Source: Alphaproteobacteria bacterium (GTDB taxonomy: Bacteria > Pseudomonadota > Alphaproteobacteria > UBA6615). Taken from it: a DNA stretch of 64,000 nucleotides. The stretch spans positions 31,724-95,723 of the forward strand of contig JANQOE010000004.1 of NCBI GenBank assembly GCA_028279245.1, written 5' to 3'. The position numbers and the translations under genes were made by a program. Positions 1 through 9,348 of the stretch are shown in pieces. Below the pieces are notes generated by a model. The model searched no databases. It saw only the letters and a list, made by a program, of their open reading frames with translations, and was not told the DNA's origin. Numbering within the stretch: the stretch's first letter is position 1; each line of letters opens with the position of its first letter.

Positions 1-13
1 TGAATTCAACAAC

Positions 14-709
14 ATGTTGGTGCCGATGATCGGTTTGACCGAGCTGGTTGCCGAAGAATTGGAGGATGGAACACCGGAGAAGGAAAACCTGAATGCGGTG
101 CTGGAGGCCGGGGAGCGGGCGAAGGACCTTGTCTCGAAGATCCTGCAATTCAGTCGGCAGGAAGAAGAACATGATGCGGCTGACATCGACTTCATCGAGG
201 TTTGGCATGGGGTCAGACAGCTTCTGCAGTCGACGCTGCCCTCCACCATCGAACTGCGTGAGTCGATAGATCTGGAACATGCCGTCGTCCATGCGGACAG
301 GACGGAGATGCACCAGGTCATACTGAATGTGATTGGGAATGCCGCCGACGCGATTGGGCCATCGAAGGGGTTGATCGAGTTTGGAATGGCTCTCGAAGCT
401 CGCGAACACGCGTTCGCGACGCGATATCAACCGGTGCCGGCTGGTCGCTACCTGAGAGTTTGGATCGAGGATGACGGTGGCGGCATTGATGAGGATACGC
501 TGACCCGGATCTTCGACCCCTTCTTTACGACGAAAGAGGTCGGGGAGGGGACCGGCATGGGTTTGGCGGTCGTGCACGCGATCATCACGCGCATTGGCGG
601 CGCGGTTGATGTGCATAGCGAGAAGGGAAAGGGGACCCGGTTCGATTTCTTCGTACCGCTGGCCGGTCAGGCATCAGCGGAGTTCCCCCTGGCTGCTGCG
701 GCTTACTGA
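14..709 (+). CDS. Sensor histidine kinase, C-terminal fragment (HATPase_c); 5' end cut by window edge
   Basis: N/G1/G2 ATP-lid motifs HQVILNVIGNAADAI ... DDGGGIDEDTLTRIFDPFFTTK ... GTGMGLAVV; ORF open at window start. Confidence 0.8.
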   Translation: MLVPMIGLTELVAEELEDGTPEKENLNAVLEAGERAKDLVSKILQFSRQEEEHDAADIDFIEVWHGVRQLLQSTLPSTIELRESIDLEHAVVHADRTEMHQVILNVIGNAADAIGPSKGLIEFGMALEAREHAFATRYQPVPAGRYLRVWIEDDGGGIDEDTLTRIFDPFFTTKEVGEGTGMGLAVVHAIITRIGGAVDVHSEKGKGTRFDFFVPLAGQASAEFPLAAAAY

Positions 710-721
710 AGGAGTCTTCTG

Positions 722-1096
722 ATGGCACAGGTCCTCATAATCGACGACGAAGACATGGTTCGCATGGTGTTGCGACAGACACTTGAGAAGGCAGGCCACG
801 GCGTGACCGAGGCATCGAATGGCGCCAAGGGAATCGCGGCGATGAAGGACAAGAAGTTCGACCTGGTCATCACGGATATCGTGATGCCGGAGAAGGAGGG
901 TGTTGAAACGATCGTGCAGGTGCGGCTCGACAACCCGAAATTGCCGATTATCGCCATATCCGGCGGTGGCCGCATCGGTCCGGCGGACTATCTGGAAGCG
1001 GCGCGGCAACTTGGCGCCAACCATGTCTTCGCGAAGCCATTTGACCGGAAGGAGCTACTGGCAACGGTCGAAGCATGCGTCGCGGAGACCGCCTAA
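722..1096 (+). CDS. Single-domain CheY-like response regulator (receiver only)
   Basis: VLIIDDE ... DLVITDIVMP (phospho-Asp) ... conserved K in AKPF; 124 aa; 13 nt downstream of the kinase. Confidence 0.85.
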   Translation: MAQVLIIDDEDMVRMVLRQTLEKAGHGVTEASNGAKGIAAMKDKKFDLVITDIVMPEKEGVETIVQVRLDNPKLPIIAISGGGRIGPADYLEAARQLGANHVFAKPFDRKELLATVEACVAETA

Positions 1097-1102
1097 GGGC
1101 AG

Positions 1103-2383
1103 GTGATGGCGCGCTGGCCAGGACTCGCATGGATTGGCGAACTGCTCTGCCGCTTGGCGGGGATCGAACCCGACCAGGATTCGGTTGACGACACGCCATC
1201 ACTGACTGCCCCAGAGTCGCTGGAAGAGATCTTGCTGGGTGAGGTTGGGGGCCACTCCTCCGATCGCTTTGTTCGGCGCATGGTGGTGCTGCATTTCGCG
1301 CCGATCCTTGAATCATGTGGCAGTCGTCGCGACCGGGTCGTGACCGTCATCGACAGCCTGGCCCAACGCGCGTTCGCCGAACGACTGGCGGAACAGGACC
1401 AACATGCGTGGGTCGCCGAAGCGCTGGTGCTCCGGTTGGCGGAAGACGGAAAGCATGATCCTGTCGAACGGGCCGTCAACGCGGTGTTCGACCTTGCGCA
1501 GCGGCTCTTGGGGTCGGACTTCGACCCGGCGGTGTTGCCGGCCCGGCTCCTGGTCGAGCAGGCTGGGGCAGCCGTTTTCGTCGATCTGTGGCCGGACAAG
1601 GTGGCGCAGGCGCGGTTGCGCAACCTGCTGGCGCAGCCGCGCGACGTTGGCGCGGACCCATCTTCGATCAGCTTCGCGTTTCGGCCGCTCTGGACGATCG
1701 ATAACAAGACGATCCAAGCCGCCATCTGCGTCCCGGTGATGGGTGGCGTTGATCTCACCGCCGATAAGGTCGAGATGGCCGCGCCCGAGGCTGCGGCGAT
1801 TGACGCGCATACTGCCGCCCAGGTTTGTGCGACATTGGAGGGTACGGCCGCCGCCGATTGGCTGGTAGGACTGCCGATACATCAGTCGACCCTGTTTGAT
1901 GGGTCACTGCGCGAAAAAGCGCTGGCTTCGTATCTAGACCTTGATGCCAGCGCTCAAGAACGCGTCCTCTTGGAGGTCGTCGGCATTGCGGCCGGCTGTT
2001 CGCGCATGAAACTGAAGACCGCGCTTGAAGCGGTGCGCGGCGCATCGCATTCGCTCTACGCTCGCTTCCATGTCTCGGAGTCCGATTTCTCCGACTTGGC
2101 GGACGCCGGTTTCAATACCGTCGGGACCGATGTCTCGCTGAGCCAGCGGGCCGAAGCCGAACTCCTGCCAATGATGACGGATTTTGCGAAGCGGGCCGAT
2201 GATGCTGGGCTGGGGTCCTATGTGCAGGGTGTCAGTACGGTGAGCCTAAAGACGGGTGCCGCCAGCGCCGGTTTCGGGACGATATCCGGCGACGTTGAGA
2301 GCGATCCGGCGAACTTGGCCAATGCTGCTTACCCATTGTCCCCGGAAGCGCTCTACGGCCGCAGTCTGACCGAAACCGCCTAG
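1103..2383 (+). CDS. Hypothetical protein; C-terminal half resembles a degenerate (non-catalytic) EAL domain
   Basis: AFRPLW-x12-AAICVPV aligns to YQPIVDL-x-EALxRW with the catalytic E lost; ERVLLEVVG ~ LEITES; the DDFGTG position reads RFHVSE; 7 nt after the response-regulator stop. Confidence 0.5.
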   Translation: MMARWPGLAWIGELLCRLAGIEPDQDSVDDTPSLTAPESLEEILLGEVGGHSSDRFVRRMVVLHFAPILESCGSRRDRVVTVIDSLAQRAFAERLAEQDQHAWVAEALVLRLAEDGKHDPVERAVNAVFDLAQRLLGSDFDPAVLPARLLVEQAGAAVFVDLWPDKVAQARLRNLLAQPRDVGADPSSISFAFRPLWTIDNKTIQAAICVPVMGGVDLTADKVEMAAPEAAAIDAHTAAQVCATLEGTAAADWLVGLPIHQSTLFDGSLREKALASYLDLDASAQERVLLEVVGIAAGCSRMKLKTALEAVRGASHSLYARFHVSESDFSDLADAGFNTVGTDVSLSQRAEAELLPMMTDFAKRADDAGLGSYVQGVSTVSLKTGAASAGFGTISGDVESDPANLANAAYPLSPEALYGRSLTETA

Positions 2384-2525
2384 CCGGCGGACTCTTCGGC
2401 TGGCCGCAGGTCCGCAGGCTGCCGAGATGCCGCCAACCTGGCTGGTCTCCCCGCGCCGGCCAAGCTATAAGCCCGGCTTACTGCGATTATCATGGACTGG
2501 AAGCGAGATCTTGCCTCTCGCCAGT

Positions 2526-3389
2526 ATGACAGCATTTGGGCGCGCCAGCGGCGGGGACACGCAGTTGGCCTGGGCCTGGGAGGTCCGCAGCGTTAACGGC
2601 CGCTCGCTTGAGGTGAGGGTCCGGCTTCCAGCCGGACTGGACAGCCTGGAGCCTGCGACGCGGACCGCCGTCAAGGACCGGTTCAGGCGCGGCAATGTCA
2701 ACTGTGTTTTGACCGTGGATAAGCAACCGGGGACCGACAGCTACACGGTCAACCAGGCCTTGCTGGAACATGTGCTTGGGCTTCAGCAGCAGCTCGGTGC
2801 CCGTGTTAGTCAAGATCCGCCCCGGATCGAGGCGCTGCTCGGTTTGCGCGGAATGGTCGAGGTTGCTGAAGGCGCACTTGTCGATCCGGAACGAGAGGGC
2901 GCGGTTCTCGCCACTCTTGGGGAGGCCCTTGAGAGCGTCGCCGCCGTGCGTTTGGAAGAGGGCGGCCGGCTCGCGGAAGTGCTCGGCGGCCAGTTGGAGC
3001 GCATGGGAGCGTTAACCGCTGACGCGAAGGCGGCGGCAGGGGCGCAAGTCCCGTTTCTCAAGGAGCGCCTGCGATCGCGGGTCAATGAACTGCTGGAGAG
3101 CGAGGCGTCAGTTTCGGAGGAACGGCTGGTGCAAGAGCTGGCGGTGCTGGCAACCAAGGCGGACGTGACCGAAGAGCTTGATCGCTTAGACGCGCATGTC
3201 GAGGCGGCGCGGACCCTTATCGAGGCTGGCGGCACGGTCGGCCGACGACTGGACTTTCTGTGCCAGGAGTTGAACCGGGAGGCGAACACGCTCTGTTCCA
3301 AATCGGCCGAGGTCACGCTGACACGGGTCGGTCTCGAGTTGAAGGCGGTGATTGAGCAACTGCGCGAACAGGCGCAGAATCTGGAGTGA
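2526..3389 (+). CDS. yicC: YicC family stress-induced protein (UPF0701)
   Basis: MTAFGRASGG-x-WAWEVRSVNGRSLEV ... GRRLDFLCQELNREANTLCSKS ... IEQLREQAQNLE matches E. coli YicC end to end; start taken at internal Met (track ORF begins 2427). Confidence 0.85.
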   Translation: MTAFGRASGGDTQLAWAWEVRSVNGRSLEVRVRLPAGLDSLEPATRTAVKDRFRRGNVNCVLTVDKQPGTDSYTVNQALLEHVLGLQQQLGARVSQDPPRIEALLGLRGMVEVAEGALVDPEREGAVLATLGEALESVAAVRLEEGGRLAEVLGGQLERMGALTADAKAAAGAQVPFLKERLRSRVNELLESEASVSEERLVQELAVLATKADVTEELDRLDAHVEAARTLIEAGGTVGRRLDFLCQELNREANTLCSKSAEVTLTRVGLELKAVIEQLREQAQNLE

Positions 3390-3435
3390 GGGCGCGTCCG
3401 CGGTGAATAGTCTGCAAATCCAACGGCGCGGCTTG

Positions 3436-4041
3436 ATGTTGGTACTCTCGTCGCCCTCGGGGGCTGGGAAGACATCCATATCGCGCGCGTTGCTCGACGC
3501 TGAAGACAATCTCAACCTGTCGATTTCGGTCACCACGCGCCCGAAACGCCCTGGCGAAACTGAGGGCCGCGACTACTACTTCGTTGATCCGACCGAGTTC
3601 AACCTGATGGTGAACCGGCAAGAGTTACTCGAATACGCGAAAGTCTTCGGTCACTACTACGGGACGCCCCGTTCAGCGGTCGAGGATGCGTTGTCTGCCG
3701 GACGCGATGTCCTGTTCGACATTGACTGGCAGGGAACGCAGCAGCTCGCCGAAAAAGCACGCGACGACCTGGTCAGCGTGTTCATTCTGCCGCCATCGAC
3801 GGCTGAATTAGAACGGCGGCTGCATACGCGGGCCCAGGACAGCGAGGAAGTGATCGGTCAACGCATGGCCAGGGCTGCCGACGAAATCACCCACTGGTCC
3901 GAGTATCAGTTCGTCGTCATCAATCAAGACTTTGAGGATAGCGTTGCCCGGGTGCGGGCAATTCTGAAATCCGAGCGTTTGCGGCGGACCCGACAGGTTG
4001 GGCTTGCCAACTTCGTCAAACGGTTGCGGGAGCTGCAGTAG
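3436..4041 (+). CDS. gmk: Guanylate kinase
   Basis: P-loop SSPSGAGKTS; TTRPKRPGE-x-DYYFV; conserved yicC-gmk neighbourhood; start at internal Met (track ORF 3352 would overlap yicC). Confidence 0.9.
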   Translation: MLVLSSPSGAGKTSISRALLDAEDNLNLSISVTTRPKRPGETEGRDYYFVDPTEFNLMVNRQELLEYAKVFGHYYGTPRSAVEDALSAGRDVLFDIDWQGTQQLAEKARDDLVSVFILPPSTAELERRLHTRAQDSEEVIGQRMARAADEITHWSEYQFVVINQDFEDSVARVRAILKSERLRRTRQVGLANFVKRLRELQ

Positions 4042-4867
4042 CGACGGCTTCAGCCAGCCGGCAGAAGTCTGCGACGGACAGGTTCTCGGCGCGCTGGGTC
4101 GCGTCGATACCGGCGCGTTTCGTGATCTGCTCCACGTCGCCAAGTTGACGAAGGCTGCTGCGCAGCATTTTTCGGCGCTGGCCAAATGCAGCGGCGGTCA
4201 CGCGCTCCAGCATTGGCCTCGATGCTGGATATCTTGGTTTCGACAGAGTGACCAGTCGAACGACCGATGAGGTGACCTTCGGTGGCGGCGTGAACGCGCG
4301 GGCTGAGATATCGAACAGATGGCTGGCGTCGCAGAGCCATTGGGTCAGGACCGAGAGCCGCCCATAGGCCTTTTCGTGCGGGTTGGCAGTAAGCCGTTGC
4401 GCGACCTCGGTTTGGAACATGAGAGTCATTTTCTCGACGTCGCCTGGCTGTTGCAGCCAATTCAGCAGCAACTGGGTCGCGATGTTGTAGGGCAAGTTGG
4501 CAACGATCTGCCGCGGCGGCGGGCCAAGATCAGCAAGGTCTTGGTCAAGGGCATCGGCTTCGATCACCTTCAGCCTGTCTGGATACGCGGTCATCAGGTC
4601 GGCCAGCGCGCCAATACAACGTTTGTCTCGCTCGACCGCCACGACCTGGGCCGCGTCGGTTTCCAGTAGGGCGCGGGTCAGGCCACCGGGGCCGGGGCCG
4701 ATTTCGATAACGGTGCGGCCAGACAGATCGCCTGGCGTTCGCGCAATCCGCCGCGTGAGGTTGAGATCGAGCAGGAAGTGTTGACCCAGTCCGCGCCGTG
4801 CGCTCAGGCCATGTCGGGAAATGACCTCGCGGAGCGGCGGCAGATCCGTCGGACTACCGTGGGTCAC
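4016..4867 (-). CDS. rsmA: 16S rRNA (adenine1518/1519-N6)-dimethyltransferase RsmA/KsgA
   Basis: GLGQHFLLD ... VIEIGPGPGGLT ... NLPYNI; likely GTG start at 4867 (VTHGSPTDLPPLRE); the upstream extension in the track overlaps pdxA. Confidence 0.85.
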   Translation of the reverse strand: MTHGSPTDLPPLREVISRHGLSARRGLGQHFLLDLNLTRRIARTPGDLSGRTVIEIGPGPGGLTRALLETDAAQVVAVERDKRCIGALADLMTAYPDRLKVIEADALDQDLADLGPPPRQIVANLPYNIATQLLLNWLQQPGDVEKMTLMFQTEVAQRLTANPHEKAYGRLSVLTQWLCDASHLFDISARAFTPPPKVTSSVVRLVTLSKPRYPASRPMLERVTAAAFGQRRKMLRSSLRQLGDVEQITKRAGIDATQRAENLSVADFCRLAEAVATAAPATV

Positions 4868-5873
4868 GGCGGGTCTGCTCGACCATGCGGGCGGCGAGGT
4901 TGAGTGCCGCCAAGAGACTTGCCGGATTTGCCTTGCCTTTTCCGGCGATGTCCTCGGCGGTGCCATGATCGGGCGAGGTTCGAACAATCGGCAGACCGAG
5001 GGTCACATTGACACCCTCGTCGAAATTGACGGTCTTGAGCGGGATCAGTGCCTGGTCGTGGTACATGCAGATCACGGCGTCATAGCGCTTTCTCGCTGCC
5101 GCATGGAACAACGAGTCGGCGGGGTAGGGGCCGCTTGCATCGATCCCAGCCGCTTGCAGCCTTTTCACGGCGGGTGCGATAACATCAAACTCCTCGCGGC
5201 CGATGGCGCCGGCCTCACCGGCGTGCGGATTGAGACCAGCCACCGCCAAGCGTGGCGCCCGTATCCCGAATTGTCTTTGTAGCCCCTCTGCGGTGGTCGT
5301 CCCTGCACGAACAATCGTGTCGGCGGAAACAGCCTTGGCGACTTCCGCCAATGGTACATGGACTGTGATGGGCACAACGCGCAGCTCATCGACGGAGAGC
5401 ATCATGACCGGGTGGTCGACGCGGCACAGTTGGGCGATGTACTCCGTGTGACCCGGCGCCGTGAAGCCCGTGTCGTAGAGTACCTTCTTGTTGATCGGAT
5501 TGGTCACCATCGCACGGGTTTGACCATCCCGTGTCAGCGCGAGAGCCGTGTCGATCGAAGCGACGACTGCTGGACCGTTGTCTGGGGAAGGGCGTCCCAA
5601 GTTGACCGGCGCGCCAAGCGGCTGGTGGATGACCGGCAGCGCTTGTGGCCAAGTCCGCTCGGCCCCCATGGGATCATCAACCTTCCTCACACTGACGTCG
5701 AGTTGCAGGTGTTCGGCTTGGCGCCCTACCTCCTCGCTGTCACCAACCAAGACGAACATTGGCGTTCGTTGGTCGCGAGCCTGCCAGGCCTTGATCGCGA
5801 TCTCGATACCAATGCCGGCTGGGTCGCCCATCGTGAGAGCGATCGGGGCACCGGTACGTGCCGACGGCGTCAA
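4854..5873 (-). CDS. pdxA: 4-hydroxythreonine-4-phosphate dehydrogenase
   Basis: PIALTMGDPAGIGIEI, HTEY, NPHAGE motifs; sits in the lptD-surA-pdxA-ksgA operon. Confidence 0.9.
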   Translation of the reverse strand: MTPSARTGAPIALTMGDPAGIGIEIAIKAWQARDQRTPMFVLVGDSEEVGRQAEHLQLDVSVRKVDDPMGAERTWPQALPVIHQPLGAPVNLGRPSPDNGPAVVASIDTALALTRDGQTRAMVTNPINKKVLYDTGFTAPGHTEYIAQLCRVDHPVMMLSVDELRVVPITVHVPLAEVAKAVSADTIVRAGTTTAEGLQRQFGIRAPRLAVAGLNPHAGEAGAIGREEFDVIAPAVKRLQAAGIDASGPYPADSLFHAAARKRYDAVICMYHDQALIPLKTVNFDEGVNVTLGLPIVRTSPDHGTAEDIAGKGKANPASLLAALNLAARMVEQTRRDPR

Positions 5874-5876
5874 GGA

Positions 5877-7130
5877 TCAGATCCGGATGTCGACGATGGC
5901 GGCGCGGCGAAGGTCTCGGAGGTATCGGCGCGAGAGCATATCCACACGTTCCCGCACCAACGTTTCGCGGATCGTCTCGCGCGGCGGCAGGCCAGTGCTG
6001 TCGTCGCGGTCGCAGATCATCACCAGCTGGACCCCGGCAGGCGTCACCAATGGCTCGCTGGTCTGGCCGACCGGCAGGTTTTGCGCCAGATCGCGTAACC
6101 GCTCGTTCAGGTCGCCGATCCGGATGCGCGTTGGCTCGTCAGGCTGTGGAACACCAAGTTCGGCGGCCGTTTCGGCGAAGGCCGGGCACCCATCTATAGA
6201 TGCCAGGGTTGGTTCGGTGGCCTCAAGCTTGGCGCTCGCTTCCGACTCCAGCGGTACCAGGATTTGCCGGAGGGCAACTTCGATCTCGTTGCGGTCGCTG
6301 CCGGCGCTGATGCGATCTTCGATGACTGCAAGGATCAGAAAGCCATCTTGGGTTTCGATCGGGCCGGCGAGCTGCCCCGGACTGAGTTTCGTCAGGATTT
6401 CATCTAATTCCGGGTCGAGTTGTCCTGGCTGGATCCACCCAATGTCGCCGCCGCTGGCCGCGCTGGCGCTTTGGCTGAACTGATTAGCTACGCGGCCGAA
6501 GGAAGCGCCTTCGCGGATCTGCCGCACGAGATTCTCAGCCAGCTCACGGATCTCGGCGGTCTCGGCAGGGTCGTCGATGGGGAGGCGGATTTCCGCTACG
6601 CGCGTCTCCCGCTGTCCGCGGGTCGATGAGATACGGGTGAGGACGGTGTCGATCTCCTCGTCACCGATCTCCACCGTGGGTTGGACGCGTCTGGCGAGAA
6701 ACTTTTCCCAGATGAGCTGAGCCCGCACCTGCTGCTCCACCGCACCCCGGGAGAGCCCGGACTCAGCAATGAACCGGTCGAATTGGCCTGGCGGGATGTT
6801 GTTGTTTTGCTCCAACTGGGCAATGGCCTGTTCCATATCCCGATCGGTGACCCGCACATTTTGCCGCTCGGCTTCCTGGACGCGCAGGCGCTCGTCGATC
6901 AGGCGGCGCAGAATGTTGGGCGCGATCCGGCGTTGCTGTTCCTGAGTTGGTTCCACGTTGGATGACGACAGCACCAGTTGGATGCGCTGTGAGAGGTCGT
7001 AGATCGAGATGACCTCGTCGTTCACCACCGCTGCGATGCGCTGCACCTCTTGCGCGGATGCAACCCAAGGGATTACCCCCATAAGGGCTGTCAGGACTAC
7101 TAGTCGGCCGAGAGAACGGAAACTCATCAT
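5877..7130 (-). CDS. surA: Periplasmic chaperone / PPIase SurA
   Basis: Signal peptide MMSFRSLGRLVVLTALMG..ASA, SurA N-domain (AAVVNDEVISIYDL) and parvulin region; sits between lptD and pdxA. Confidence 0.85.
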   Translation of the reverse strand: MMSFRSLGRLVVLTALMGVIPWVASAQEVQRIAAVVNDEVISIYDLSQRIQLVLSSSNVEPTQEQQRRIAPNILRRLIDERLRVQEAERQNVRVTDRDMEQAIAQLEQNNNIPPGQFDRFIAESGLSRGAVEQQVRAQLIWEKFLARRVQPTVEIGDEEIDTVLTRISSTRGQRETRVAEIRLPIDDPAETAEIRELAENLVRQIREGASFGRVANQFSQSASAASGGDIGWIQPGQLDPELDEILTKLSPGQLAGPIETQDGFLILAVIEDRISAGSDRNEIEVALRQILVPLESEASAKLEATEPTLASIDGCPAFAETAAELGVPQPDEPTRIRIGDLNERLRDLAQNLPVGQTSEPLVTPAGVQLVMICDRDDSTGLPPRETIRETLVRERVDMLSRRYLRDLRRAAIVDIRI

Positions 7131-7199
7131 GGTGTGAGCGTCACGGTCTATCCTATTGTTTCGACGTAACAATAGCGCGAGCGCGCCGCCTCGAACAGT

Positions 7200-9344
7200 C
7201 TAGAAAATGCGGTTCTGGAGTGTTCCAAGGTTCTTGAAGTCCACACGGACATAGAACTCGTCTGCCGGGGTTATCTCCCGGTCTTCAAAAGCACGGCGGC
7301 GGTATTCCGCCGTAAAGATGAGGCAGTCGCAGGTGTAAGTGACCGATGCTCCCCAGGTCCGCGTATCGTCCTGCTTCAGATCACGCAAAATATCGAAGGA
7401 GGCCGACCATTGGTCGGTAATGCGGGATCGAAGCCGCAGGGATATCTCCTCGCGCTTGTCCGCAAACTCGTCGTCCTGGTCAAAGAAGAGGTAATTGGTC
7501 GTCAGGTTCAAGGCTGGCGGGCCGACCCGAAGCAGGAGTTCATTGCGCCGGAACGCGAAGCTGTCTTTGTCCAGCCTGGTCTTATAGACGAGGCTCCCAA
7601 GGCGGTTTGGCGTAATCTGGAGACGTCCAACATAGTCGGAGAAGTGATCGTTTAGGCCGCTGTTGTCCGGAAACGTACTATCGTTGCGGAACTGATACGA
7701 TTGGCCGAAGGCTGCGGACGCCGACGCGCCTCCCACATGGAACAATCCAGTCCGCAAGCCATAGGCGACCCGCTGACCACCTTCAACACGGTCCCGGCCA
7801 ACGAACCGGCTTCGCTTGAACAGGTTCGTCTCGTCAAATTCGAATATCCGGCTGTCCTCGTTCGGTATCTCTTCCGGATTGCCTCCATTGGGTGCGGCGA
7901 CCAGCTGCAGGACCGGCTCAACAAGCTGGCTGAACCGGGCGCCACTGCGCACCAACGGATAGCGCCAGCCGAGTGAGACTTGCGGAAAAATCCGGCCCGT
8001 TACGCCTGAGAATTCGTCGCCATCCGTTTGGGCGACCGAAGATACGCTGTAGATGTCCGCTTGGAGGCTCGCCTCAAACTCAAATAACCCGCCGATCGGA
8101 TCGATGAACGGCAGTCGCCATGCGCCCGTTCCTGACAGACGGCGGCTGTCCGTTCCACTGGGCCGGGTCAGCACGAAGTTCTCGCTACTGAACAGCCATT
8201 GGCTGCCGTTGGCGGCAGGCTCACTGGATATGAAGTAATCGAGTTTTGGCGCGACGATTGGGATCTGATCCTGGTCGTCCGCTGCCCGCAATCCTTGAAA
8301 GTACAGGCCTTCGGCCCGCGCATAGTCGCGGCCGCGAAAGCCTTCGGCGAAGGCCCGGCTGGTGAGGCTATTGCTCGAGTCGATGTTGTACTGCCGTAGG
8401 AAGGTCTCGTCGGAGGTCAGTTCGATGTCCGCTCCGGCACGCCACACGTCGCTGAGGTCAAACCGTACTGCTGTGTCGGTGAAGGTGCGCGGTTGATCAT
8501 CGCCACCGAAATCGTCGACTGTCGCTCCGACTTTGGCGCGCAGCGATCCCTTGTCGAAAGCCTGTCGGTACTCGGCGATGCCGAGGACGGTCTGCTTGGT
8601 CGTGAATGTGGGATCGAACGTAATGTCTTTATCGTCGGTGACGGCCCAGAAATACGGGGTGTTGAGAGTCGTGCCGAGATCGCTGGATACCCCCACCGAT
8701 GGCGTAAGGAACCCGGAGCGCCGCTTCACTGTCGGATCGGGATGGCGGAAATAGGGTGTGTAAAAGACTGGGATGCCGGCGATCTCCATCCGCGCGTTTC
8801 GGTATTCGACGTCGCGGGTTTCCTGGTTATGGATGACTCGGGTCGCCTTGATGCGCCAGAGCGGCACCTGTTGCGGCCCAACGCATTCGCGGCAAGGCGA
8901 ATAGACAGCGCGGTTTAGCTGCGTCTCGACCCCACCAAATCGCTGAGCGTTTACACCGGCAAGTCGTGAGTCATCTTGCAGCAACATGCGGAACTCGCGG
9001 ATGAATCCTTCCTTCAGGTCATCTGTTAGTTCCACGAACTCGGCGAATATGACCTCGCCGGATGGCTCCATCAGAACGACACCGCCCGAAGCCGAGACGA
9101 CATTTGTACGCTGGTTGAAGGTTAGCGAGTCCGCTAGCAGAACCCGGTCGCCTTGGGTGATCTCAACGTTGCCGCTTGCTGTCGCAAGGTCCAGGTCTTC
9201 ATTGAAGGTGAGTTCGTCGGCCGTCAGCAGAACTGGTTCGTCGGTTTGCGGCAGCGTTACATCTTGGGCGTTAGCATGGCCGGCAAGCAATGCAAACCCG
9301 ACTGCGCAAACTTGGAAGACCTTCCTGGTCCACGTCGCTGCCAT
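7200..9344 (-). CDS. lptD: LPS-assembly outer-membrane protein LptD (OstA/Imp)
   Basis: Signal peptide, OstA N-domain (LTADELTFNEDLDLATASGNVEITQGDRVL), 714 aa beta-barrel C-terminus; upstream of surA. Confidence 0.9.
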   Translation of the reverse strand: MAATWTRKVFQVCAVGFALLAGHANAQDVTLPQTDEPVLLTADELTFNEDLDLATASGNVEITQGDRVLLADSLTFNQRTNVVSASGGVVLMEPSGEVIFAEFVELTDDLKEGFIREFRMLLQDDSRLAGVNAQRFGGVETQLNRAVYSPCRECVGPQQVPLWRIKATRVIHNQETRDVEYRNARMEIAGIPVFYTPYFRHPDPTVKRRSGFLTPSVGVSSDLGTTLNTPYFWAVTDDKDITFDPTFTTKQTVLGIAEYRQAFDKGSLRAKVGATVDDFGGDDQPRTFTDTAVRFDLSDVWRAGADIELTSDETFLRQYNIDSSNSLTSRAFAEGFRGRDYARAEGLYFQGLRAADDQDQIPIVAPKLDYFISSEPAANGSQWLFSSENFVLTRPSGTDSRRLSGTGAWRLPFIDPIGGLFEFEASLQADIYSVSSVAQTDGDEFSGVTGRIFPQVSLGWRYPLVRSGARFSQLVEPVLQLVAAPNGGNPEEIPNEDSRIFEFDETNLFKRSRFVGRDRVEGGQRVAYGLRTGLFHVGGASASAAFGQSYQFRNDSTFPDNSGLNDHFSDYVGRLQITPNRLGSLVYKTRLDKDSFAFRRNELLLRVGPPALNLTTNYLFFDQDDEFADKREEISLRLRSRITDQWSASFDILRDLKQDDTRTWGASVTYTCDCLIFTAEYRRRAFEDREITPADEFYVRVDFKNLGTLQNRIF

Positions 9345-9348
9345 CTAC

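Noticed and set aside
1093-1758. 221-aa minus-strand ORF, plus similar ORFs at 1313-1882, 2810-3475 and 5548-6483
   Set aside because: Antisense or alternative-frame shadow ORFs inside well-supported genes (degenerate-EAL protein, yicC, pdxA/surA). Arg/Pro/Ser-rich low-complexity translations typical of high-GC DNA.
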